The notes under the pieces: generated by a model | The model's input: only the letters and a program-made list of their open reading frames with translations | Databases searched by the model: none | Told to the model about the DNA's origin: nothing | Source: Nocardioidaceae bacterium | GTDB lineage: Bacteria > Actinomycetota > Actinomycetes > Propionibacteriales > Nocardioidaceae | NCBI GenBank assembly: GCA_046330515.1 | Contig: JAXLSP010000006.1 | Location: 55,068 to 119,067 of the forward strand | Direction: 5' to 3' | Length of the DNA: 64,000 bases | Program-made: the position numbers and the translations under genes | Shown: in pieces, positions 40,482 through 49,162 of the stretch | Numbering within the stretch: the stretch's first letter is position 1 | Layout: each line of letters opens with the position of its first letter

Positions 40482-41897
40482 ATGGAGTACGTCGACTCGC
40501 TGCTCGAGCTCATCGGTGACACCCCCCTGCTGCGGCTCGCGCCCGTGCTCGAGGGCCCGGGCCACGAGGGCCTCGGCACGGCCGTCGGCCCGGTCGTGCT
40601 GGCCAAGCTGGAGTACCTCAACCCCGGCGGGTCGGTGAAGGACCGCATCGCGCTGCGCATGGTCGAGGCCGCCGAGGAGTCCGGGGAGCTCCAGCCGGGA
40701 GGCACGATCGTCGAGCCCACGTCGGGCAACACCGGCATCGGCCTCGCGCTGGTCGCCCAGGAGCGCGGCTACCACTGCGTCTTCGTGTGCCCCGACAAGG
40801 TGAGCGAGGACAAGCGCAGCGTCCTCAAGGCCTACGGCGCCGAGGTCGTGGTCTGCCCGACCGCCGTCGCGCCCGAGCACCCCGACTCCTACTACAGCGT
40901 CAGCGACCGGCTCGTCCGCGAGACGCCGGGCGCCTGGAAGCCCGACCAGTACTCCAACCAGCAGAACCCCCGCTCCCACTACGAGTCCACCGGCCCCGAG
41001 ATCTGGCGGCAGACCGAGGGCCGCGTGACGCACTTCGTGTCCGGCGTCGGCACCGGCGGCACGATCAGCGGCACCGGCCGCTTCCTCAAGGAGCAGAACC
41101 CCGGCGTCCAGGTGGTCGGCGCCGACCCCGCCGGGTCGGTCTACTCCGGCGGCACCGGTCGCCCCTATCTCGTCGAGGGCGTCGGCGAGGACTTCTGGCC
41201 GACCACCTACGACCGCGAGGTCGCCGACCGGATCATCGAGGTCAGCGACGCCGACTCCTTCGCCATGACCCGGCGGCTCGCGCGCGAGGAGGGACTGCTG
41301 GTCGGCGGCTCCTCCGGCATGGCGGTGCACGCCGCGGTCCAGCTGGCACACGAGCTCGCCGGCACTCCCGAGGGGGAGGGGGCCGTGATCGTCGTGCTCC
41401 TGCCCGACGGCGGACGGGGCTACCTGTCGAAGGTCTTCAGCGACGCCTGGCTGGCGCAGTACGGCTTCGACGTCAACGGTGCCGCCCGCGCCGCGCAGAC
41501 CGTCGGCGAGGTGCTCCGCGGCAAGTCCGGCGGTCTGCCCGACCTGGTGCACACCCACCCCAACGAGACGATCGCCGAGGCGGTCGCCATCCTCCAGGAG
41601 TACGGCGTCTCCCAGATGCCGGTCGTCCGCGCGGAGCCGCCGATCGTGGCGGCCGAGGTGGCCGGCTCGGTGTCCGAGCGCACGCTCCTCGAGGCGCTGT
41701 TCACCGGCGACGCGCGGCTGACCGACCCGGTCGAGTCCCACATGTCCGCGCCGCTGCCGACGATCGGCGCCACGGAGCCGGCGAGCGCGGCCGTCGACCT
41801 GCTCGAGAGCGCCGACGCCGTCCTCGTGCACGACGACGGCAAGCCGGTCGGCGTGCTGACCCGGCAGGACCTCCTGGCCTACGTGGCCCGGAGCTGA
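40482..41897 (+). CDS. cbs: Cystathionine beta-synthase (PLP domain + CBS pair)
   Basis: IGDTPLLRL...NPGGSVKDR...EPTSGNTGIGLA, then a tandem CBS domain at the C-terminus. Confidence 0.9.
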   Translation: MEYVDSLLELIGDTPLLRLAPVLEGPGHEGLGTAVGPVVLAKLEYLNPGGSVKDRIALRMVEAAEESGELQPGGTIVEPTSGNTGIGLALVAQERGYHCVFVCPDKVSEDKRSVLKAYGAEVVVCPTAVAPEHPDSYYSVSDRLVRETPGAWKPDQYSNQQNPRSHYESTGPEIWRQTEGRVTHFVSGVGTGGTISGTGRFLKEQNPGVQVVGADPAGSVYSGGTGRPYLVEGVGEDFWPTTYDREVADRIIEVSDADSFAMTRRLAREEGLLVGGSSGMAVHAAVQLAHELAGTPEGEGAVIVVLLPDGGRGYLSKVFSDAWLAQYGFDVNGAARAAQTVGEVLRGKSGGLPDLVHTHPNETIAEAVAILQEYGVSQMPVVRAEPPIVAAEVAGSVSERTLLEALFTGDARLTDPVESHMSAPLPTIGATEPASAAVDLLESADAVLVHDDGKPVGVLTRQDLLAYVARS

Positions 41898-41899
41898 CC

Positions 41900-42925
41900 G
41901 TGCCGGGCCTCCGGGGGAGCGCGCCGCGGCTGCGGCGGGCCGCCCTGGGTGCGCTGATCTCGGCCGTCGTCGTCACCGCGGTGATGGGGCTGGCGCTCGG
42001 CGACCGCCTGCACCTGCCGCGTCCCGGCGGGCGCTCGCCCGCCTATGTCGACGCGTCCGTCGTGCCGCGGGCGTGCGACCCGCTGCCCGACGACGTGCGA
42101 CAGCGTGCCGTCTGCCGCGGGGTGTGGGTGCACGCGGCGAGGCGCGTGTTCGTCCCCCAGGGACTGGCGTTCGGGCCCGGCGGCGTCGCCTTCGTCTCCG
42201 GCTACCACCGCGGTCGCCCGGGCACCCGGCTCTGCGAGGTGCTGGTCGTGGACCCGCGCACCGGCCGGACGCTGCACCGGGTCCGCGAACTGCGCGGGTC
42301 GGTCGGGACCGCGGCCCCGATCGGCTGCCGGCACGGAGGTGGCCTCGCCCGCACGTCCGACGGTCTCTGGATCGCGCACTCGCGGCACCTGTGGCTCGTC
42401 GACGAGGACGCGCTGCTCGACGGCCGGTCGGTGGTGCTCCGGGGCTGGCGCATCCAGGCCCCGGTGCGCGGCTCGGCCCTGGTCAGCAGGGGAGCCTCCG
42501 TGGGGCTGGTGGGCTGGTCGGCGCGCCGCCCGATGCACGTCGACTGGCTGCGGGTCGCGGACCTGCTGGCTCCCGGCGTCACCGACGTGCGGCGCGAGGC
42601 CGCGCCGGCCAGCGCGTCGCCCTACGCTGTGCGCAAGGCCCCGTTCCTGGTCCAGGGCGCGACCTGGGGTCCGGGCGGGCTGTGGTTCGCCAGCAGCACG
42701 ACTTACTGCGGGGTGCTGCACGAGCCGGGTGGCCGGACCCTCGCCTTCATCCCGGGCGCCGAGGGGATCGCGTTCCGCGGCCGCCGGCTGTGGGCGGTCA
42801 GCGAGTCGGGATCGGGCAGCTACCAGCACCAGGGTGGGCGCCCGAAGGTGCCCACCCTGGTGTCGTTGGTGCCTCGGCGGCTGGACCCGCGGACGCGGCC
42901 CGGCTGCTCCTGGCTCAGCGGTTGA
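41900..42925 (+). CDS. Membrane-anchored hypothetical protein
   Basis: GTG 3 nt after the cbs stop. N-terminal TM ALGALISAVVVTAVMGLAL. The upstream part of ORF 40787..42925 is an out-of-frame shadow of cbs. Confidence 0.5.
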   Translation: MPGLRGSAPRLRRAALGALISAVVVTAVMGLALGDRLHLPRPGGRSPAYVDASVVPRACDPLPDDVRQRAVCRGVWVHAARRVFVPQGLAFGPGGVAFVSGYHRGRPGTRLCEVLVVDPRTGRTLHRVRELRGSVGTAAPIGCRHGGGLARTSDGLWIAHSRHLWLVDEDALLDGRSVVLRGWRIQAPVRGSALVSRGASVGLVGWSARRPMHVDWLRVADLLAPGVTDVRREAAPASASPYAVRKAPFLVQGATWGPGGLWFASSTTYCGVLHEPGGRTLAFIPGAEGIAFRGRRLWAVSESGSGSYQHQGGRPKVPTLVSLVPRRLDPRTRPGCSWLSG

Positions 42926-43496
42926 CCGAGACCTTCGCCTTGCCGACCGGCGGGGTCGCGGGCGCGGCGCCGAACGGCGAGAAGGTGGCGACCATGGACT
43001 CGGCGTGGATGAACGCCATGCCGGGACCGCACTCCTCGACCTTCAGCTCGAGGGTGTGCACTCCCCGGCCGACGACGCGGGCGCCGATCGGGTTGATGGC
43101 GCTGTCCTTGGTGCCGTCGTTCTCCAGGTTGGTGCTGGTGTCGGTGCCGGCGCGGAGGCCGTCGATCTCGACGTGACCGGTGAGGGTGCCCTCGTTGGCG
43201 TTGTCGGTGTCGCGGGCGGCGCCGACCTGACCGACGACCGAGACGACGCCGGTGCGGGGCGCCTTGAAGGTGCGGCTCAGCACGGTGGTGTAGGCGCAGG
43301 TGTCGAAGTCGTCGAAGACGGTGTCGTCGGCGAAGGACTGGATCTTGGTGAGCTGCCCGGCCTTCATGCCGCCGAGCTTCTCGGCGTTGTGCGCGTCGAA
43401 GAGGCCGTTGGCCATGGTCGGCGTGGTGAAGGCGAGAGCGCCGGCGGCCACGACGGCGGCGGCGGCGATGGTGGTGCGGCGAACCTTGGTGAGCAT
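42915..43496 (-). CDS. Secreted hypothetical protein (~193 aa)
   Basis: Inner ATG at 43496. Signal peptide ends TMANG. The C-terminal FSPFGAAPATPP resembles FVPFNGVGKPP of 37430..38029. Confidence 0.5.
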   Translation of the reverse strand: MLTKVRRTTIAAAAVVAAGALAFTTPTMANGLFDAHNAEKLGGMKAGQLTKIQSFADDTVFDDFDTCAYTTVLSRTFKAPRTGVVSVVGQVGAARDTDNANEGTLTGHVEIDGLRAGTDTSTNLENDGTKDSAINPIGARVVGRGVHTLELKVEECGPGMAFIHAESMVATFSPFGAAPATPPVGKAKVSVNR

Positions 43497-43617
43497 GAGG
43501 TGGTCCTCTCGTGGCTCCGGCACTCCGCCGGAGTGGTGTACCCCTGGACTCGGGGTGCTGACGGGGACATGAGGCCTCGGCCGGGCCGTCAGATACACGC
43601 TGCCTAGGATCGGCACC

Positions 43618-44427
43618 ATGACCTGGGTCGCGGCGGTGGGCAGCGACCTGGCCGATCCCGGGGTCTCCGTGACCCTCCTGCTGGCGCTCGCGGCGCTGTG
43701 CGCCGGCTTCGTCGACGCCGTCGTCGGCGGAGGAGGGCTCATCCAGCTCCCGGCGCTCCTCGTGGGTCTTCCGGGGGCCGCGCCGGTGCAGGTGCTGGCG
43801 ACCAACAAGCTCGCCTCGATCTGCGGCACGTCGGCCGCGGCGACCACCTATCTGCGCCTGGTGCGCCCCGATCCGCGCACCTTCGGGCCGCTGATGGCGC
43901 TCGCGTTCCTCGGGTCCCTGGGCGGGGCGCTGCTGGCCACCCGCATCCCGAAGTCGGCGTTCGACCCGCTCGTGCTGGCGGTGCTCGTCCTGGTGGGCGG
44001 CTGGGTGCTCCTGCGCCCGCAGCTGGGCGAGCTCACGGCGCTGCGCTTCGAGGGCCGCCGGCACCTCGCGGCGGCGATGGCGACCGGTGCCGTCGTCGGC
44101 TGCTGGGACGGTGCACTCGGCCCGGGCACCGGCTCGTTCTTCGTGATCTCCCTGGTCGGCCTGCTCGGCTATGGCTTCGTCGAGGCCTCCGCCAAGGCCC
44201 GGCTCGCCAACTGGGCCACCAACCTCGCGGCGCTGTGCGTCTTCGTCCCGCACGGAGCCGTGCTCTGGCGGGTGGGCCTGGTGATGGGTGCCGCCAACCT
44301 GGTCGGCGGCTACCTGGGTGCCCGCACGGCGGTGGCCCGCGGGTCCAGGTTCGTGCGAGGCTTCTTCATCGTCGTGGTGGCGGCGTTCGTCGTGCGCATC
44401 GGAGGGCAGGTGGCCGGGCTGTGGTGA
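43618..44427 (+). CDS. TSUP (TauE/SafE sulfite-exporter-like) family membrane transporter
   Basis: FVDAVVGGGGLIQLPALL and LATNKLASICGT motifs, polytopic. Confidence 0.8.
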   Translation: MTWVAAVGSDLADPGVSVTLLLALAALCAGFVDAVVGGGGLIQLPALLVGLPGAAPVQVLATNKLASICGTSAAATTYLRLVRPDPRTFGPLMALAFLGSLGGALLATRIPKSAFDPLVLAVLVLVGGWVLLRPQLGELTALRFEGRRHLAAAMATGAVVGCWDGALGPGTGSFFVISLVGLLGYGFVEASAKARLANWATNLAALCVFVPHGAVLWRVGLVMGAANLVGGYLGARTAVARGSRFVRGFFIVVVAAFVVRIGGQVAGLW

Positions 44428-45053
44428 CCAGCTATCTCACCGTGGCCCGGCGCGGCGAGGCCGAGATCGAGGTCAAGCGCTCGCGGTTCCGGTGCACGCT
44501 GGCCCGGGTCCAGGACGAGGCCGCGGCCCGCGCCGTCGTCGACGACGCCCGGCGGCGGTTCTGGGACGCGCGGCACCACTGCTCGGCCTTCGTGCTCGGC
44601 CCGGACGCGTCGGTCATGCGGTCCAGCGACGACGGCGAGCCGGCCGGGACCGCCGGCGGCCCGATGCTCGCGGCCCTGCACGGACGCGAGGTGAGCGACG
44701 TCGTCGCCGTGGTGACGCGGTGGTTCGGCGGGGTCCTGCTCGGCGCCGGCGGCCTGGTCCGTGCGTACGGCGACGCCGTGCGGGCGGGGCTCGACGAGGT
44801 CGGGCTGCAGCGCCGTCAGCTCATGGGGGAGTGGTCGATGTCGCTGCACCACGCGGACGCCGCCCGGCTGGAGAGCGAGCTGAGGTCCCGAGGCGTCGGG
44901 ATCGTCGACGTCGACCATGCGGCGCGGGTCGCGCTGCGCGTCGTCGTCCCCTCGGGCGGCGAGGAGGAACTGCACGCTCTCGTGGCCGAGCTGACCGGTG
45001 GTCGGGCCATCCCCGTTGCCGCCGGTGAGCGGTGGGTCGACGTTCCGGAGTGA
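44424..45053 (+). CDS. YigZ/IMPACT family protein
   Basis: GTGA overlap. EIEVKRSRFRCTLARV...HHCSAFVLG...SDDGEPAGTAGGPML. Confidence 0.8.
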   Translation: MTSYLTVARRGEAEIEVKRSRFRCTLARVQDEAAARAVVDDARRRFWDARHHCSAFVLGPDASVMRSSDDGEPAGTAGGPMLAALHGREVSDVVAVVTRWFGGVLLGAGGLVRAYGDAVRAGLDEVGLQRRQLMGEWSMSLHHADAARLESELRSRGVGIVDVDHAARVALRVVVPSGGEEELHALVAELTGGRAIPVAAGERWVDVPE

Positions 45054-45093
45054 CGGGCGACAGGCCAGGAGCGTTGGGGCGTAGCCTCGGCTC

Positions 45094-45453
45094 ATGAGCA
45101 TCCCGGTGGACGTCGCGCGGCTCGACGAGGCCCTGGCGCACTTCGGCGCCGGCTATCTCCTGACGGTGACTCCCGAGGCGCGGACCAAGGTGCTGACGGT
45201 GGACGCGGTGGTCGAGGACGGTCGCCTGCGTGTCACCGGGCCGAGCTCGGGCTCGGCCCGCAACCTCGAGGCGAACCCGGCGGTGACCCTGGTGTTCCCG
45301 CCCGCGGAGGCGCACGGCTTCACGCTGATCGTCGACGGGACCGGCGCGTCGCGCGGCGAGGACTTCGTCGTGACGCCGGCGTCGGCGATCCTGCACCGTC
45401 CCTCGGCGCATGCCGACGGACCACCGCAGCCCGCCTTCACGCTCAGCCCGTGA
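45094..45453 (+). CDS. Pyridoxamine 5'-phosphate oxidase-like (split-barrel) family protein
   Basis: Size and the NLEANPAVTLVF pattern. Weak by-eye call. Confidence 0.45.
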   Translation: MSIPVDVARLDEALAHFGAGYLLTVTPEARTKVLTVDAVVEDGRLRVTGPSSGSARNLEANPAVTLVFPPAEAHGFTLIVDGTGASRGEDFVVTPASAILHRPSAHADGPPQPAFTLSP

Positions 45454-46942
45454 TGTAGACGAGCCCGGGTCCCTCGTCGCGGTAGGGGATCCCGACCGCG
45501 TCGAGCGCCTCGCGCCAGGAGCCCGTGCAGTCGGGGGCCGAGCCCTCGAAGCCGTGGTCGGCGGTCAGCAGGATCGTGACGTCGTCGAGGACCCCCAACG
45601 ACTCGAGGTGGTCGAGGAAGGCCGACAGACGGGCGTCGGCCTGGCGCAGCGCGTCGCGCGCCATGTCGGAGCGAGGTCCGCCACCGTGGTGGCCGCAGTC
45701 GGTGACCACGTTGGCCCACCACGTCAGCACCGGTGCGGCCGACGGGTCGGCGAAGAGGTCCTTGACCTGCTGGAGCCCGAGGTCGTCGACGCGGACACCC
45801 CAGCGGAAGTAGCTGTCCTCGAGGTAGTCAGGGTTGCGCAGGAACGGAGAGGTGTGGGGATCGGGCAGGGCGTCGTCGAGGGCGTCCGCCCCGCTCTCGC
45901 CACTGGCGCGGATGAGTGCCATGGTGGAGTAGTCGGCGCCCCGGTCGATCGCCTCGTCGACGCTCGCGGTGCGCAGCCCGCCGGTGTCGCCCAGGTGGTC
46001 GGCCACCATCTCGAAGACCGTCCGGGCGCCGGGCAGCAGCCACTCCGCGCTGCGGTGCCAGGTGCTCTCGTCGTTGGGCACGACCCGCTCGCCCGTGCGG
46101 CGGTCGAAGTAGACGTTGCCCATCACGCCGTGCCGGCCCGGTCCGACGCCGGTCAGGATCGCGGTGTGGTTGGTCAGCGTGATGCTCGGGAACTCCGCGA
46201 CCGCGCCGCCCCGGAAGGCCACGCCGCGCTCGACGAGCCGGGCGATGCCCGGCAGCTCGCCGGTCTCGGCGAGGTGGAGCAGGTCGCCGCAGTGGCCGCC
46301 GTCCCACAGGATGCCGATGACGTGGGTCCGGCTCGCCCCCGCCTCGAGGTGGCCGGTCTGCGGGCTGCCGTCGAGGGGGAGCCCGTCGGCGTCGCGGAGC
46401 TCCTCGTCGGCGACCCCCACGAGGTGGGCCAGGGTCGGGCCGACGTCCACCAGCCGCGCGTACTCCTCGACGAAGCCGCTGCGCCGGACGCCGGCACCGC
46501 TCAGGATGAACGGCGCGCGCGACTGGATGACGTCGAGGCTGCCGTGCTCCCCGACGTGGCCGCCCTCGTCGGGGAAGAAGTGCCGCGGCGTGTGCACGAT
46601 CGCGAGGTCCGGGCTGCGGTCGGGGTTGGCGAAGAACGACAGCAGCCGGGTGGCCGCCAAGGGGTAGGCGTTCTCGGTCGACCGCGCCGGGGAGGGGGTG
46701 GCGACCTCCTTGTCATAGGGCAGGAACGCGAGGGGGTCCTCGCTGCCGAGGGGGTTGTCGCCGTCGATCACCTCGGCCGGCCCGTCGACGTGCAGGCGGA
46801 CGCGTCCGACGCTGTTGGCGGCGTACGCCGTCCTGCCGCTCGCGGCGTCGCCCTCGACCCAGCAGACCAGGTCCACGATGTCGGCCAGGCCGGGGTCGCA
46901 CAGGGCACGGACGAACGCCTCGCGCTGCTCGGGGGTTGCCAT
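45443..46942 (-). CDS. Alkaline phosphatase superfamily / nucleotide pyrophosphatase-phosphodiesterase-like protein
   Basis: TLTNHTAILTG, DCGHHGGGP and LLTADHGF metal-site-like motifs. Confidence 0.7.
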   Translation of the reverse strand: MATPEQREAFVRALCDPGLADIVDLVCWVEGDAASGRTAYAANSVGRVRLHVDGPAEVIDGDNPLGSEDPLAFLPYDKEVATPSPARSTENAYPLAATRLLSFFANPDRSPDLAIVHTPRHFFPDEGGHVGEHGSLDVIQSRAPFILSGAGVRRSGFVEEYARLVDVGPTLAHLVGVADEELRDADGLPLDGSPQTGHLEAGASRTHVIGILWDGGHCGDLLHLAETGELPGIARLVERGVAFRGGAVAEFPSITLTNHTAILTGVGPGRHGVMGNVYFDRRTGERVVPNDESTWHRSAEWLLPGARTVFEMVADHLGDTGGLRTASVDEAIDRGADYSTMALIRASGESGADALDDALPDPHTSPFLRNPDYLEDSYFRWGVRVDDLGLQQVKDLFADPSAAPVLTWWANVVTDCGHHGGGPRSDMARDALRQADARLSAFLDHLESLGVLDDVTILLTADHGFEGSAPDCTGSWREALDAVGIPYRDEGPGLVYITG

Positions 46943-46980
46943 GGCGCCACCGTAGTGTCCTGGCCGTAGATTTGCCCGGC

Positions 46981-47724
46981 ATGACGCCGTTCTGGCTGAC
47001 CGCCTTCCTCGACTTCGCGGACGCCGACTTCGAGCGCGGGGTGCGCTTCTGGCGCGATGTCACCGGCTTCACCGTGTCAGCGCCGCGCGGTGGGTCCTCC
47101 GAGTTCGCGACGCTGGTGCCGCCGGACGGGGACGACTACCTGCGGGTGCAGCGTCTGGGCACCGGCCGGTCGCGCCTCCACCTGGACGTGCACGTCACCG
47201 ACCCGCGGGCGGCCGCCGACCGAGCGGTGTCGCTGGGCGCGGAGGAGGTCTGCGACGTCGGGCACGTCGTCCTGCGCTCGCCGGGCGGCGTGACGTTCTG
47301 CTTCGTGACGCACCCGTCGTCGTCGCGGCCGACGCCGGTGGCGTGGCCCGGCGGGCACCGGTCGATGGTCTACCAGGTGTGCCTCGACCTGCCCCGCGCG
47401 TCCTATGACGCCGAGGCCCGCTTCTGGGCCGCCGTGCTGGCGGCCGACCCGGAGGTGCTGCCGCGCCGGCCCGAGTTCTCCTGGCTGCGTCCGGGACGGC
47501 AGCTGGCCCTCGACGTCCTGATGCAGCGGCTGGACCGCGTCTCGGGGCCTGCGGGGCTGCACCTCGACCTGGGCACGGACGTCCGGGAGCGGGAGGTGGC
47601 GCGGCACGTGGCGCTCGGGGCGGAGGCCTCGGTGGTCGAGGAGTTCTGGACCGTGATGCGCGACCCGGTCGGGACGACCTACTGCATCACCGACCGCGAC
47701 CCCGCCACCGGCCGGCTCGTCTGA
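46981..47724 (+). CDS. Tandem VOC/glyoxalase-like (Glyoxalase_6 x2) protein
   Basis: Two repeats of the FLDF...FW...RLHLD(V/L)...LGA...P.G..(F/Y)C pattern. Confidence 0.6.
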   Translation: MTPFWLTAFLDFADADFERGVRFWRDVTGFTVSAPRGGSSEFATLVPPDGDDYLRVQRLGTGRSRLHLDVHVTDPRAAADRAVSLGAEEVCDVGHVVLRSPGGVTFCFVTHPSSSRPTPVAWPGGHRSMVYQVCLDLPRASYDAEARFWAAVLAADPEVLPRRPEFSWLRPGRQLALDVLMQRLDRVSGPAGLHLDLGTDVREREVARHVALGAEASVVEEFWTVMRDPVGTTYCITDRDPATGRLV

Positions 47725-47781
47725 GCCCTCCCGGTCGTGCACAGATCGGCCGGAGGCCTTGGCGCGCGTTCGCTCTCCTAC

Positions 47782-47787
47782 TATAAT
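47782..47787 (+). promoter_or_regulatory. Consensus -10 hexamer TATAAT positioned for a leaderless transcript of the HNH gene
   Basis: TATAAT ends 8 nt before the A of ATG 47795. No SD in between. The surrounding patch is AT-rich. Confidence 0.4.
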
Positions 47788-47794
47788 CGGTAGT

Positions 47795-49153
47795 ATGTTC
47801 GACTATCTGTCATCTGCAAGCCCCGGCCGGGTCGCCGGGGTCGCAGACGTGGCCGCCTGGGGGGCTGCCCTGGCCGCGATCGAGCAGACGCCCGGCACCG
47901 GTGACCCCGCGGTCCTGGTCGACCTGCTGTCGGCGTTGGAGGACCTCAAGTCCGCCGCCTGTGCGGCCCAGGCGCGGGCCGCCGTCGCGTTCGCGGAGTC
48001 CTGCGAGCGGGCCGAGGCGGACGCCGGCGTCCCCGCGCGGCGACGCGGGGCCGGGATCGCCGCCCAGGTCGCGCTCGCCCGGCGGGAGTCCCCCCACCGC
48101 GGTGGCCGGCTCCTCGGGCTCGCCAGGGCCCTGGTCCGCGAGATGCCCGAGACCCTGGCCGCCCTCGACGCCGGCCTGCTCAACGAGTGGCGCGCCACCC
48201 TCGTCGTCCGCGAGACGGCATGCCTGGCCCTGGAGGACCGGGTCGCCATCGACACCGAGCTGTGGACGGACCCGACCGCCGTCGCGACCCTCGGTGACAA
48301 GGCGCTCGCCGCCCACGTGCGGGCGATGGCCTACCGGCTCGACCCGCACTCCGTGGTCGACCGCGCCGCCCGAGCCGCCTCGGAGCGGACGGTCACCCTG
48401 CGGCCGGCACCGGACACCATGACCTACCTGACCGCGCTGCTGCCGGTCGCCGAGGGCGTCGCCACCTACGCGGCCCTCACCCGCGCCGCGGACGGCCTCC
48501 GCGCCGAGGGCGACCCGCGCGGGCGTGGCCAGGCGATGGCCGACACCCTGGTCGAGCGCGTCACCGGACAGGCGAAGGCCTCCGACGTGCGGGTGCGCGT
48601 CAACCTGGTCATGACCGACACCACGCTGCTCGCCGGCTCTCCCGAGCCCGGCCTGGTCCCCGGCTTCGGACCCATCCCCGCGGCGGTCGCCCGTGACCTG
48701 ACGCTGCGCGACCCGGCGCTGGCGACGCTGAGGCGCCTCTACACACATCCCGGGACCGGGCGGCTGGTCGCCATGGAGTCGCGGTCCCGGCTCTTCCCCG
48801 CCGCGCTCGCCGAGTTCGTGACGCTGCGGGACCAGACGTGCCGCACACCCTGGTGCGACGCACCGATCCGGCACCGTGACCACGTCGAGGACCATGCCCG
48901 CGGCGGCCCCACGACCGCGGTCAACGCCCAGGGGCTCTGCGAGGCCTGCTCCTATGCCAAGCAAGCACGAGGGTGGCGCTGCCGGCCCGGTGCCGGAGGC
49001 ACCGTGGTGACGCGCACCCCCACCGGTCACTGCTACACCTCCCACACCCCCGACCCGCCCGGGCGACCACCACCGCGGCTCCGGTCCTCTCCGGAGGTCG
49101 AGGTCGTCACATCTCCCCTGAGGCTCGAGCTCGCCTACGACGCTGCCGCCTAG
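47795..49153 (+). CDS. DUF222 + HNH endonuclease (REP13E12-type protein)
   Basis: DQTCRTPWCDAPIRHRDHVEDHARGGPTTAVNAQGLCEACSYAK HNH motif, with an Ala-rich DUF222-like N-terminal part. Confidence 0.85.
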   Translation: MFDYLSSASPGRVAGVADVAAWGAALAAIEQTPGTGDPAVLVDLLSALEDLKSAACAAQARAAVAFAESCERAEADAGVPARRRGAGIAAQVALARRESPHRGGRLLGLARALVREMPETLAALDAGLLNEWRATLVVRETACLALEDRVAIDTELWTDPTAVATLGDKALAAHVRAMAYRLDPHSVVDRAARAASERTVTLRPAPDTMTYLTALLPVAEGVATYAALTRAADGLRAEGDPRGRGQAMADTLVERVTGQAKASDVRVRVNLVMTDTTLLAGSPEPGLVPGFGPIPAAVARDLTLRDPALATLRRLYTHPGTGRLVAMESRSRLFPAALAEFVTLRDQTCRTPWCDAPIRHRDHVEDHARGGPTTAVNAQGLCEACSYAKQARGWRCRPGAGGTVVTRTPTGHCYTSHTPDPPGRPPPRLRSSPEVEVVTSPLRLELAYDAAA

Positions 49154-49162
49154 GGTGGGCGC

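Noticed and set aside
40787-41899. N-terminal 371 codons of the 712-aa ORF 40787..42925
   Set aside because: This part is an out-of-frame overlap of cbs. Only the segment after the cbs stop (GTG 41900, beginning with a TM helix) looks like a gene.
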